Below, piece by piece: positions 1-9,479 of a stretch of DNA of 64,000 nt. Both the position numbers and the translations under genes were made by a program. The stretch covers positions 128,001 through 192,000 of the forward strand of contig JBILLK010000007.1 of assembly GCA_044376115.1 (NCBI GenBank). The letters are read 5' to 3'. This stretch comes from Polyangiaceae bacterium (GTDB lineage: Bacteria > Myxococcota_A > Polyangia > Polyangiales > Polyangiaceae). Every line of letters starts with the position of its first letter. Position 1 is the stretch's first letter. The notes beneath the pieces are model-generated. The model saw only the letters and a list, made by a program, of their open reading frames with translations. It ran no database searches and was not told the DNA's origin.

Positions 1-1310
1 GCATCGACGCCACCTTCGTCGTTGAACGTGGCGACGTTCCAACCCATGCGCGGATACATCATCGACCCGGGGGCACCGCGTTGATCGATGCGCATCCACG
101 TGCCGGCGCGGTCTCTTCTGTCGCCGAGCCGATCCCAATGCAATTGGGCGCGGACGCGCCCGCGCGGATCGGTGAATACCTCCTGGCCCGGCGGCCCGAC
201 GACCTGCGCCATTTGCAGGCCAGCCTGTTTCGCCAGCGGCGTAATGCACTGCGGGCGAAACGGCACATCTCGCGGAATCGCTTTGAAGCGCGCTACAGCC
301 GGCACCTTGTGAGCTGCTTCCAGGGTCATGCTGGTGACCAGGAACTCGCCATTGAAGGGGAGATAAGGATGCCCAGCGAGCACGAAGATGCGTCCCGGGG
401 TGAGCCTGGCGGACAAGGCCACACCCCCAACTCCGGAACGTGCGGCCATCGCAGCCTCACGCGCGTTCTTGATGCGGAACTCCAGCACCGCGGGCTCGAC
501 GGGCCCCGCGCCTGGCGCGTCGTAGTCTTCACGTCCACCGTCGCCGTCCTTGGCTTCGATACTGAGCAGGGGCCGATCGGGGTCGAAGGACCGTCCGGCG
601 AAACGTTTCGCCGTCATCGTCGCTTCCATCGACATCTCGATCACCGCTTCATCGCCAGGTCTCATCGACGAAGGACTGGCGAACTGGATCAGCGGGATGC
701 CTTCAATCTCGGGTGCGGCCGAGGAGGTGTCGGCAAACACCACGGTGGAGTCGTCTCCCTCGTGATCGAACCAGTAGTAGATGCCCTCCTCTTCACAGAG
801 GCGACTGACGTACGTCCAGTCGTCCTCCCGGTACTGGGCGCGATAAGGATAGGTCGGGTACTGGCGCGCCAGGTCGTAGCGGATCTTGCCTGGGAAGTCG
901 GCGAGTACGTCTCGAATCACGTCGATGCTCGAGACCTCCTGCATGGCGTAACAATCTCGTCCGAGGTTCTGGCGATAGATCTTTGGCCGGATCACGATGT
1001 CCGCGCGGTGGGTATCCGAGTCGTACGAGCGAGCAAGAATGTCAGCGACGATCCCGACGATGATGCGATCATTGCCTTTGGCGTCGCGCACCACGAGCCG
1101 AGCTGCTGCCCCCACGATGCTCGATAGGTCCGGCGGTGGCCCATCGAGTTCCACGCTGACCTCGTAGCGGAACTGCTTGGACAGCGCTTCTTCACCGCTG
1201 ACTTTGAGCACCGGTCCGAGGTCAAGCCCGTCGACGGCCAGCTCCGCCACGAGGAAGTCGGGACGCAACTCATCGCTGATCTTCTTCAGGAGGTTCTCGA
1301 TATCGCTCAT
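1..1310 (-). CDS. vgrG: Type VI secretion spike protein VgrG (second copy; 3' end runs off the window)
   Basis: Not in the ORF track. Hand translation from ATG 1310 (GGAGA upstream): MSDIENLLKKISDELRPDF...GEEALSKQFRYEV...AQYREDDWTYVSRLCEEEGIYYWFDHE. The segment at the window edge reads MYPRMGWNVATFNDEGG in the same frame. QYRE-D and PR-GW are VgrG hallmarks. Confidence 0.9.
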   Translation of the reverse strand, partial: MSDIENLLKKISDELRPDFLVAELAVDGLDLGPVLKVSGEEALSKQFRYEVSVELDGPPPDLSSIVGAAARLVVRDAKGNDRIIVGIVADILARSYDSDTHRADIVIRPKIYRQNLGRDCYAMQEVSSIDVIRDVLADFPGKIRYDLARQYPTYPYRAQYREDDWTYVSRLCEEEGIYYWFDHEGDDSTVVFADTSSAAPEIEGIPLIQFASPSSMRPGDEAVIEMSMEATMTAKRFAGRSFDPDRPLLSIEAKDGDGGREDYDAPGAGPVEPAVLEFRIKNAREAAMAARSGVGGVALSARLTPGRIFVLAGHPYLPFNGEFLVTSMTLEAAHKVPAVARFKAIPRDVPFRPQCITPLAKQAGLQMAQVVGPPGQEVFTDPRGRVRAQLHWDRLGDRRDRAGTWMRIDQRGAPGSMMYPRMGWNVATFNDEGGVD

Positions 1311-1321
1311 GGTGTTCTCCT

Positions 1322-3766
1322 TCAGGACCCTGCGAGCTTGTCGCGTGAAGACGTGTAGACGATGTCGCCCTTGCTCTTGAACTTGAGGTTGCCCTTGATC
1401 GAAATCGTCTCTTGCGTCATCTCGATCTCGAGCTCACTCGACTTGAAGTTGATGCTGGTTTCCGCGACGAGTTCGATGTCTTGCCCACGTACTTCCACTT
1501 GCTCCGAGGACTCCATCAACATGTCTCCGTCGATGGTGATCTTGCTGTCCTTCGCCGAAGTGGTGACGCGGCCCTTGCCGGAGCGGACGATGTTGCCCGT
1601 CACCTCGCGCGTGAAGTCGCCGCCGTTCGCACAAAGGATGTTGGCCTTCTCGGAGGTGGTGTGTTTCGTCCCGGTGATCTGTTCTTCCAGGAGGTCGCCC
1701 GAAAACGAGCTGATCTGCCCCTCGCTCGCGAGCCGCATGTAAGACCCCTTGATGGTCTTCTCGAAGTTCTGGTCCACGCGGCGTTGGATGACCACGCGTT
1801 CTTCGCCACTCCCTTCGCCCTCGCCACCTGAGCCCTCGCCTTCGGAGGAAGCGTCTTCCTGGGCCGGAGCTTCAGCGGCCGCGGGCTCCGCTAACGGAGC
1901 GGGGCTGTGCGGCTGCATGACCTGGTTCGGCGCTTGGTCTGCAACGCCGTCGGTGAAGGCCTGGTCGTTGGAAGTGATGATGTCCTCCATCAGTTCCGGA
2001 GGGTCCGGTTGTTGCGGGCTGGCCTCTCCCGCGTGTGTGGAGCGGTTGCCTGTGACCTCCTCGGTGGAGTCTTTGCCGATGTTCAGCATATAGGTGAGCT
2101 GCACATCGACCTTCTCGTTGCCGCCGACTTTCTCGGTGCGATTGATTTCGACCTTTTCACCGAACTCGAGCCCGATCTGTCGCTTCTCGTTGCCGCCGAT
2201 CGAAACGTCCTGGTTACCACCCACCGAGCGGTGTTGCCCGAGCTTGACCAGCTGCTTGTAGTCGTTGCCGATGGTCTCTGTTTTGTCCTTCTCGACCGTG
2301 TTGGAGAAGTCACGCTGCGCGTGGAAGTCCATGAACTGGTTGCCTGCGCTGTCGTCCATGCGCAGCTCGTTGAAGCCGGCTTTGCCTGGGTAGGATTCGG
2401 TCTTCATCGACATGCGGTTCATGAACTTGGGTACCTGATATTCGGGCGTCATTTGCCCGTTGATTTGGCGTCCTAGCCCCATCGGTCGATCCGGGTCCCC
2501 GTCGATGTAGCCAACCGACGTCTCCCAGCCGACACGCGCGAGGACGATCGACGTCGAGGCTTCTTGCAACGTTCTGATCCAACGCGAATCATCGAGGCCG
2601 TTCGCGTCGCGATCCCAGTGGAACTGGACCTTCGCCCGGCCGAACGTATCGGTGTGAATCTCCTCTCCGTACGGTCCGCGCACCATCGCGGTGTGGTTGC
2701 CGATGATGACCGGCCTGGGTGTCACCACGGCCGGGCGGAATGGAACCTCTGCGGGGATGGCTCGAAAGCGGTTCGCGTACTTGGGCGGTGCGCCCTTGGC
2801 GTCTCGCGTGACGATGGTGTGCTTGACCTCGACCAGCGAGTAGCGCCCGCTGAAATCATAGGCCTCGAAGTGCGCGAAGTTGAAGATCGTCCCCGCGCGA
2901 AACGCGACGACGCTGCTCTTGCCTTCGACGAATTTTTTCTGGCAAACGTGGGCCTCGAGTCGCAGCTTGGCGAGCAGCTTGCCTTGCGCTTCTTGGCGGA
3001 AGCCAACCGGGTATTCGTAGGTCTCGAAGTCCCCGTCGAGCTCGCTTCGCTCGGCGGCAAGCAGCGATTGGTACGGCGTTTTCCAGTTGTGATCGTTGAC
3101 CGCTGCGGCGCCGGAGTAGAAAACCGCTCCGCGCTCGAACTCTGTAATGCCGGCCCGCTCGTGAACGCCAGCTTCCGAGGTCTCAATCAGGCTGAACGTC
3201 TCGAGCAGCTCGGGCTGGCTCCCGGAAGCGTCCCCCAGGAGCATCGTGCCGAAGTCGTCGAAGGTGAAGAAGATCCCTTCGTGCTCCAAGAGACGCTGGA
3301 CGAAGTTCTTGTCGGTCTCTCGATACTGCACGGTGTAGGGCCGAAGGTCGCACGCACGAGTGGTTTGCCACTCGTGAGCGACGCCGTTCTCATCCAGCAC
3401 TTCGTCGATGATTTGCTCCGTGGTTCGATCCCTGAACTTGCAGGTGTCGCGACGGAAGTTGAGAAAGTGAAACGTCGGGTAGAACTCGAGCTCGTAGCGA
3501 ATGGTCTGGTCGATGAACGCGACAAAGCGAGAGGAGGTGAGCCGTAAGCTGAAGGCTCGAACGGGGATCCCTCCCGACGTGATCGTGAGCACGGCCTCTT
3601 CATCGAGTACCGGTTCCAAATCGAGATCCACCGGGCTCGAGATGATTACCCGCGCGCGCGTTAGCTGGCTCATCCCCTCCGATATCTCGGCTTCGACGAC
3701 GCGGAGGGGCAGCCCTCCGGCGACAAGGATGACGTCGAGCTCTTTCAGTTCAATCGGAAGATCCAT
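1322..3766 (-). CDS. vgrG: Type VI secretion spike protein VgrG/TssI with gp5-like C-terminal repeats
   Basis: VQYRETDKNFVQRLLEHEGIFF, EEIHTDTFGRAKVQFHWD, RVGWE...DGDPDRP, NELRMDD...HAQRD, then periodic VGGNQ/IGGNE beta-helix repeats. Confidence 0.95.
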   Translation of the reverse strand: MDLPIELKELDVILVAGGLPLRVVEAEISEGMSQLTRARVIISSPVDLDLEPVLDEEAVLTITSGGIPVRAFSLRLTSSRFVAFIDQTIRYELEFYPTFHFLNFRRDTCKFRDRTTEQIIDEVLDENGVAHEWQTTRACDLRPYTVQYRETDKNFVQRLLEHEGIFFTFDDFGTMLLGDASGSQPELLETFSLIETSEAGVHERAGITEFERGAVFYSGAAAVNDHNWKTPYQSLLAAERSELDGDFETYEYPVGFRQEAQGKLLAKLRLEAHVCQKKFVEGKSSVVAFRAGTIFNFAHFEAYDFSGRYSLVEVKHTIVTRDAKGAPPKYANRFRAIPAEVPFRPAVVTPRPVIIGNHTAMVRGPYGEEIHTDTFGRAKVQFHWDRDANGLDDSRWIRTLQEASTSIVLARVGWETSVGYIDGDPDRPMGLGRQINGQMTPEYQVPKFMNRMSMKTESYPGKAGFNELRMDDSAGNQFMDFHAQRDFSNTVEKDKTETIGNDYKQLVKLGQHRSVGGNQDVSIGGNEKRQIGLEFGEKVEINRTEKVGGNEKVDVQLTYMLNIGKDSTEEVTGNRSTHAGEASPQQPDPPELMEDIITSNDQAFTDGVADQAPNQVMQPHSPAPLAEPAAAEAPAQEDASSEGEGSGGEGEGSGEERVVIQRRVDQNFEKTIKGSYMRLASEGQISSFSGDLLEEQITGTKHTTSEKANILCANGGDFTREVTGNIVRSGKGRVTTSAKDSKITIDGDMLMESSEQVEVRGQDIELVAETSINFKSSELEIEMTQETISIKGNLKFKSKGDIVYTSSRDKLAGS

Positions 3767-3847
3767 GGTCCACCTTGGGTGCTAGCGGCGAGGCCGATAG
3801 ACAGAGAGAAGAGATGAAGAGCGATCAGGAAGCAGAACGTTGGCGCG

Positions 3848-4870
3848 CTAGGCGCGGGGCCAGGGGTCGGGGTTGAGGTACTCGTCGTCCATCGCAACCT
3901 CGGCGATGGCGCGAATGCCGTTGAGCCTCTCCCATTTCAAGGGCAGGCGAGTCTTGGCTCGGTAGGTGACTTCGACGATGCGTTCGTCGCTATCGATCAT
4001 CAGTCCATCGAGGTGCGTGGGAGGGACAAGTGTCTTCCCATCCATGTCGACTTCGAAGCGCATCGGGTAGAGCGGGAGCTTGAAGCGCCACGCGCCCTCT
4101 GGGAGCACGCCACCCACTTCGATCGGTTCATCGCCGCGCAGCGGCTCGGCGCTGTGAAGTCCGGGAGCGGACCAATTGTAGTACCGCGTGTTGAAGTCGA
4201 GGGGCAGCAGCGGGTGGCGCTCACGAAGCCAAGCGTCGTCGCGGGTGCCGCGGCGCTCGAGCCGAGGTGACCATTGCTCGGGGATCGGTCCGAAGGTCGC
4301 GTGGGCGGCATGGACTCGCGGCTGGTTGCCCAACATCTCCTGCACCGGTTCGAGCTGGGGAGCGGGGCTGCCTTCGATCGCGTGTCTTGAGAACCCACGA
4401 CCCACTGGGTTCTCCTCGCAGTAGGAGCCATCGTCGGCCCGACCGCCGTACGCGAGGGCGTAGCTGAGCGGAGTGGGCACGAGCGGTCCGGGAGCTGAGA
4501 TCGAAAAGTCCGAGCGGTAGTGTCGCGGGCCGAAGATCTGGATCACCTTCTTGATCGTGCCGACTTGGAGCCAGGCGAAGGCGGCGTTGGTCTTCGACCC
4601 CTTCGGTTGAACTGGGAAGGCCGTACCGATGAGACCGATGTCCGTTCCCGGTTTCTCAGGCTGGAAGTCATCGCTGTGTCGCAACACGCCAGCGTCCCAT
4701 TCTGGCGATGCACGCACCGGTCGATAGGCGAGGCGCGCTTTACCCGCGGCGTTCAGGTGCCACGCGATCTTGGCGATGGTCACGCAACAGTCGAAGCCCT
4801 CATGGTCGGTGATCACCATCGTGCGGACGGTGGCGAAGCTTCTGTTCTGCAACCGCTTGTCGAAATCCAC
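3848..4870 (-). CDS. DUF2169 family T6SS accessory/adaptor protein
   Basis: DFQPEKPGTDI, PLSYALAYGG, ENPVGRGF, FGPIPEQWSPR...GTRDDAW, PLLPLDFN...YYNWSAPG, LRGDEPI motifs; directly upstream of vgrG. Confidence 0.92.
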   Translation of the reverse strand: MDFDKRLQNRSFATVRTMVITDHEGFDCCVTIAKIAWHLNAAGKARLAYRPVRASPEWDAGVLRHSDDFQPEKPGTDIGLIGTAFPVQPKGSKTNAAFAWLQVGTIKKVIQIFGPRHYRSDFSISAPGPLVPTPLSYALAYGGRADDGSYCEENPVGRGFSRHAIEGSPAPQLEPVQEMLGNQPRVHAAHATFGPIPEQWSPRLERRGTRDDAWLRERHPLLPLDFNTRYYNWSAPGLHSAEPLRGDEPIEVGGVLPEGAWRFKLPLYPMRFEVDMDGKTLVPPTHLDGLMIDSDERIVEVTYRAKTRLPLKWERLNGIRAIAEVAMDDEYLNPDPWPRA

Positions 4871-5089
4871 TCTGCCCCCTGCGGCGCGCCGACCCCGTTG
4901 ACGCCGCTCGGAGGGTACTACGCAGTAGCGGTCGAATGGCTCCCAGAACTGTTGCCCTGATGTGCTGATTTCTGGGGAGAAATAATATCATCCGGGCGCG
5001 TGGCCCCGATGTAGGGGCATCGTCTGGATCGCCCCCGTGGCGTACCAACTTCGCCAAGCCGAGCTTGAGCGGCTTCACGCGGGAATACG

Positions 5090-6106
5090 TTAAGGGCAGC
5101 CGAGTTCGCAGGTCTTCACGCCGAAGCGAACCTCCGGATCCACGACCTCACGGAGGAACGCGCGAAAGAGCTGCGTCGCCGTCGTTGAAGCGTCCGGATC
5201 GTCTGGCGTGGGCGAACTGTCCAGCTCGGCCCAACTCTCCGCGCGCACCATCCCCGTCACGACGCGGTGGTCGAGCGGCTCTCCACGACGATCGTCCAGC
5301 AGGAGCCAATTAGACACGGAGCCTCCGCCCGGGAGCTCACGATCGATGCCGCATTGCGTGAGCCCCAACCTCAGCCACGTAGCGAATAGACGATAGGCAG
5401 GCTCGTCTGCGTCGCAGGAGTACGCCCCCTCACCGTCGGAGAGCGAGCACACGATGGGCAGCCATGGCCCACCCTCCCGGCGAAGCAAGAGGAGCTCCTG
5501 GGTTGGCTCGTCCTCCTCGGCAGCGGGGCGCTGAAGGCCGAGCGTGTAGCCCGCGACCGAATAAGCTGCGATGGCGTCCTCACAGTCGAGCTTTGCGAGG
5601 TCCACCTTACGCAAGGTCGAGGCGCTCTGAAGGCCGTGGGATCCAACTTCCCCCGCCATAGGCCGCGGACCGGGTGGCCCGTGGCGCAAGACGACGACCA
5701 CGAGATCCAAGACCGAGGTCGGCCACGAGACGTCCGAAGGCATGAGCCCTTCGACGTCCGTGGAGGCGAGCTCCGTGACCCACTGCGCTGCACGCTCTCG
5801 CCAGCGCCCGACGACCTCGCGTGCCGCGCTCTGCCGCTCTTCATTCGGGAGGTCTTCCCGCGTCGTGTCGTCGCGAAGGTATCCCAAGTAGATCTGCTGT
5901 TCGCGCTGCCACAACAGCTCGCCCGCACGGGTCCGCCGAAACGTCACCATCGGCGTGAAAGCCAGGTGCTCAGGGAGTTGCGCAAACGGGGGCGCAAAGG
6001 CCGCAAAGTCCACCTCGAGACGTTCCTCCGAGTCGAGCTCTGCAACGCCAATTCGGCCATAAAGCAGCGGGACGATGTGCTCGACGATCCAGGATTGCAT
6101 CGACAT
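5090..6106 (-). CDS. Hypothetical protein
   Basis: 338-aa ORF with protein-like composition filling the gap; no recognised motif. Confidence 0.6.
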   Translation of the reverse strand: MSMQSWIVEHIVPLLYGRIGVAELDSEERLEVDFAAFAPPFAQLPEHLAFTPMVTFRRTRAGELLWQREQQIYLGYLRDDTTREDLPNEERQSAAREVVGRWRERAAQWVTELASTDVEGLMPSDVSWPTSVLDLVVVVLRHGPPGPRPMAGEVGSHGLQSASTLRKVDLAKLDCEDAIAAYSVAGYTLGLQRPAAEEDEPTQELLLLRREGGPWLPIVCSLSDGEGAYSCDADEPAYRLFATWLRLGLTQCGIDRELPGGGSVSNWLLLDDRRGEPLDHRVVTGMVRAESWAELDSSPTPDDPDASTTATQLFRAFLREVVDPEVRFGVKTCELGCP

Positions 6107-6426
6107 GAGCGGAGGAGAGCATGGCTATCGCGCGGGTAACAAGCGGCGAGCCAAGCATGAAGTTGAGCCACGCCGGTACAAACCGCTCTCCGCAGCCCTA
6201 CGTCGGCGATCGCTTCCATCCGCGCTCGGCGGCGTACGCTTCGATGCAGGCATGCAGCGTGTTCGTTGTCGCGGCGAGGGCGCGCTCGAGCATCAAACAG
6301 AAAGCGAGGATGCGGCGCTCCTCAGATTTTGTTCGCTTGCGAGCCAGGGCGGCTTCGAGTCGTTCGACGAGCGCTCCCGGCGCGGTGGCGCGCGCCAAGG
6401 CCCAGGTAGCCGCGTGCTCGCCGTCA

Positions 6427-7544
6427 ATGCTGTTCACGAACGCTTGGTATGTCGTTGGAGAGGGGCGCTCGTTCGGCGCCGCGCCCGTCGCCGTGCGCGC
6501 GCTCGGGCAGGACGTGGTGCTGTTCCGGCGCAGCTCGGACGGGCGGCTCGTGGCGCTCTCCGATCGCTGCCCCCACCGAATGGCGAAGCTCTCCGAGGGG
6601 TGCGTCGACGGGACGCGCTCCGGTGCCCTTACCACCGGTGGGCCTTCGCAGCAGACGGCGGGTGTATCGACATCCCGTCGGACCCGCCCGGTACGCGCAT
6701 CCCGCCGCGGGCCCGCGTCGACAGCTACCCGGTCGAGGAGCGCTACGGCTGGGTGTGGGTGTACCTTGGCGACCGTGACGAGGCCGCACGGCCGCCCATC
6801 CCCTCGATTCCCGGCTACGGCGAGCCCAGCTGGCGCGCGGTGCGGGGCGAGTTCACCTGGCGCGCGCACTACACGCGCGTCGTCGAGAACGCGGTGGACA
6901 TCGCGCATACGCCGTTCCTGCATGCGCGCTCGTTCGGGAACCCCGAGGCGCCAGTGATGCCCGACCACAAGGTAATCGAGGACGAATGGACGATCTCGAT
7001 CGACGTCACGCTCCCGGGGCGGCTCAGTCGTCTACTGCTGCCGGCCGGCTTGAACAACGTGCGCCTCGGGGTGTGGCCGCCCTCGGTGAATTGGTTGGAC
7101 GCGACTTTCCCCAACGGCTGGCGGATGGTGCTTCTGCTCGCCAGCCTGCCCGTCGACGAGCACACGACCCGCTCCTTCTGGCTCCAACAGCGGACCTTCT
7201 TCCGCAACCCTTTCGCTGACCCGATCGCACGCGCGCTCTCCCTGCGGATCCTTCGGGAGGACCTCCGCACGGTCGAGAGCCAAGGTGGGTCGCCGGTACC
7301 GCTCTCGGGCGCCAGCGAGCTCTCCACGCGCTCCGACGCGCTCTCCCTCGCGTATCGGCGGCGGCTCGCGCAGCTCGCAGGCGAGCGGCTCGACGTCGCG
7401 ACAGCGGCGAAATGGGCCGCGGAGCGTCGGTATTCGGCGATTGCGTCGCCGGCGCGGCGCGAGCGGCCGGGCGTGTGGGTGCTGCCGGCCGTGCCCCGCG
7501 AGTCAGGGCCGGACGCCGAGGAGCGCGACGCAGGGCGCGGCTGA
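6427..7544 (+). pseudogene. Rieske 2Fe-2S aromatic oxygenase/O-demethylase (VanA-like), split by a frameshift near 6610
   Basis: MLFTNAWYVV...ALSDRCPHR lies in one frame. LRCPYH.W...SYPVEERYGWVWVY...VENAVDIAHTPFLH lies in another. The two Rieske half-motifs join if one base is restored around GACGGGACGCG (6607-6617). May be a sequencing error. Confidence 0.85.
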
Positions 7545-7583
7545 ACTCCATGAGCGGCCGGAGCGCGCGCCAGCTTTATTGAT

Positions 7584-8192
7584 TCACAGACACGCGATTG
7601 GCACCTCGAGTGTCTCTGCATTCGGCGAGCGAATCCAGGTAAGGGTGATCCTGTCGGAGGGCGCGACCGAGGTGAGCTTGAAGGCGGCCCATTGTCGTGT
7701 GTTGCCGTCGATGGTGCGCACGACGTAGGTGTGATTCACGACCGCCTGGAGGTCGTCATGTTCTCCCCAATTGCCGGTGGGATAATCGGCAGCGTCGACC
7801 TCCGTTGGTACCGCATCCAGCGGCAATTCTCCTAGATCGACGATGAAGGACTCGTCGTCCGTTACGGTGTTCACGACGAGCATGTTGGAGGCATAGAGGA
7901 GGTCTCCGTCGTTGCGGACGATATCGCGATCATTGGTGCCAAACTCGAACGAGTAGAGGACGCGCCAATAGTCGTCCTCCGTCAGGTCCTCATCCCAGCT
8001 CTCCAGCGTGGCCTCTCCGGTCAAGAAGCGGCACGGGATCCCGTACGCATCGAGGCCCGCATCGCCGGGATTCTCTCCCGGCGAGCTTGGCGATTCTTCA
8101 TCGCTCGTGGAGCTTGCGCCGTCCTCGTCCACCTCAATGGTCGTTCCGCACCCTGCCAACCCCAGCACCAGCAACCATGTGATTTTTCGCAT
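7584..8192 (-). CDS. Acidic lipoprotein, unknown function
   Basis: MRKITWLLVLGLAGC lipobox; AGGAG upstream of ATG 8192. Confidence 0.75.
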   Translation of the reverse strand: MRKITWLLVLGLAGCGTTIEVDEDGASSTSDEESPSSPGENPGDAGLDAYGIPCRFLTGEATLESWDEDLTEDDYWRVLYSFEFGTNDRDIVRNDGDLLYASNMLVVNTVTDDESFIVDLGELPLDAVPTEVDAADYPTGNWGEHDDLQAVVNHTYVVRTIDGNTRQWAAFKLTSVAPSDRITLTWIRSPNAETLEVPIACL

Positions 8193-8535
8193 GACACTCC
8201 TAAGTAAAACGGCGCTCGCGCCAAGCGCGACCGACGTGAAAGAAGCGTCACGATAGCCAGCGAGATTGCGTCCACCACCGCGCAGCACGATTGCGCCTGC
8301 GAGCGCGCCCTGTTCGCGCTGGGCTCCACCGATACAGGCACTGACCTCCTGGACCGGATAGGACACGCTCGGCGATGCGACCCGGCGCGATGTGACAAGG
8401 GAGATCGCACAGGCGCTCTGCGTCGACTACGAGACGGCGGGCCTCGTTGGCACGCGCAAGATGGGCTGCGTCAACCACGTCCCCACCGGCTACGAGTTCC
8501 TTCTCATGCCCGGCGGTTTTCCTTCGCCATGGGAA

Positions 8536-8941
8536 TCACGGAGGCGGAGGAGGATCGAATTCTCGCTCCTTTGTGCCCGCGGAGCGGCGCTCCGCGATGA
8601 AACCCAATAAACCCAAAGGCGCATAGACGAAGGCGAACCCACCGAGGACCACGATGATGGTCACGAGCAGGTCCAGGATGCTGTTGAGCACGGGGACGTC
8701 GACGTAGAACCGAGGCTCGACCTTGTTGGTGCGGTTGCCGTTCGTGCATATGCACCCCTTCACCGAAGGCCCTCGCCCCCGCGCAAGCTCCTCGTGGCGT
8801 AGAGAAAGTGCCTTGCACTCGCGCTCGCAGACCGTACAACGCGTCCTGCGCTTTGGACACGAGGAAGATGTAGGCGTACGTCGGCACCCCAAGCATAATG
8901 AAGACCATCGCCATGAAGAGCAGCTTCCGGGCGGTGTTCAT
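8536..8941 (-). CDS. Small two-TM membrane protein with Cys-rich loop, probably frameshifted near 8845
   Basis: N-terminal TM (LLFMAMVFIMLGVPTYAYIFL) in frame 8504..8941; Cys-rich loop (CTVCEREC...GCICTN) and second TM (ILDLLVTIIVVLGGFAFVYAPLGLLGFI) in frame 8536..8892. Confidence 0.45.
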
Positions 8942-9479
8942 TTTGGGAAGGTCTCGGTGTGCGACTTCGTCATGAGTGGCTCGCAGCCAAGCTTTGCGTG
9001 CGCTTACGCCAGCGCTCGGCCCGAGGCAAGGCGCTGCGCCTCAACCTGAACTACTCGATCAAAGTTCCACTCGAGTGGATCGGGCCTCACGACATCCTCG
9101 AGCACCTCGTAGCCTAGGTCGGCTCTGCGAGCAGATGTTTCCGGCCGGCGCGAATGACAAAAGCGCGTGAGGCGGGGCTCAGTGTGGATTGGTCGATGTG
9201 AGGGCATACGCGTGATCGGAGAGCGCCCTCGCGAACGCTTGCGGTCCGGTGAAAGACGACGTGAGCGCCATCGCGTGAAGCTCCCGCGCAGCCGCGATCG
9301 ACGCCGGAACCGATTCGATCGCATGCGCCAGGAACAGGCGGACCACGGCAGCGAACCTCGCCCGCAAGGCCTCGGCTGCTTCGCTGATGGCGGCGGCGGG
9401 CCGCTTCCGGCGGAAGGCGAGGAGTGCTCGATCGGCCTACCGAATTGAGCTGCCGCTCGCCCTACACCGAAGGCGCTGA

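Noticed and set aside
81..1127. 348-aa plus-strand ORF
   Set aside because: Antisense shadow of the minus-strand vgrG, which carries the real motifs.
8950..9479. Possible gene remnant between the membrane gene and the TPR-like gene
   Set aside because: Short ORFs on both strands with no convincing start or motif.
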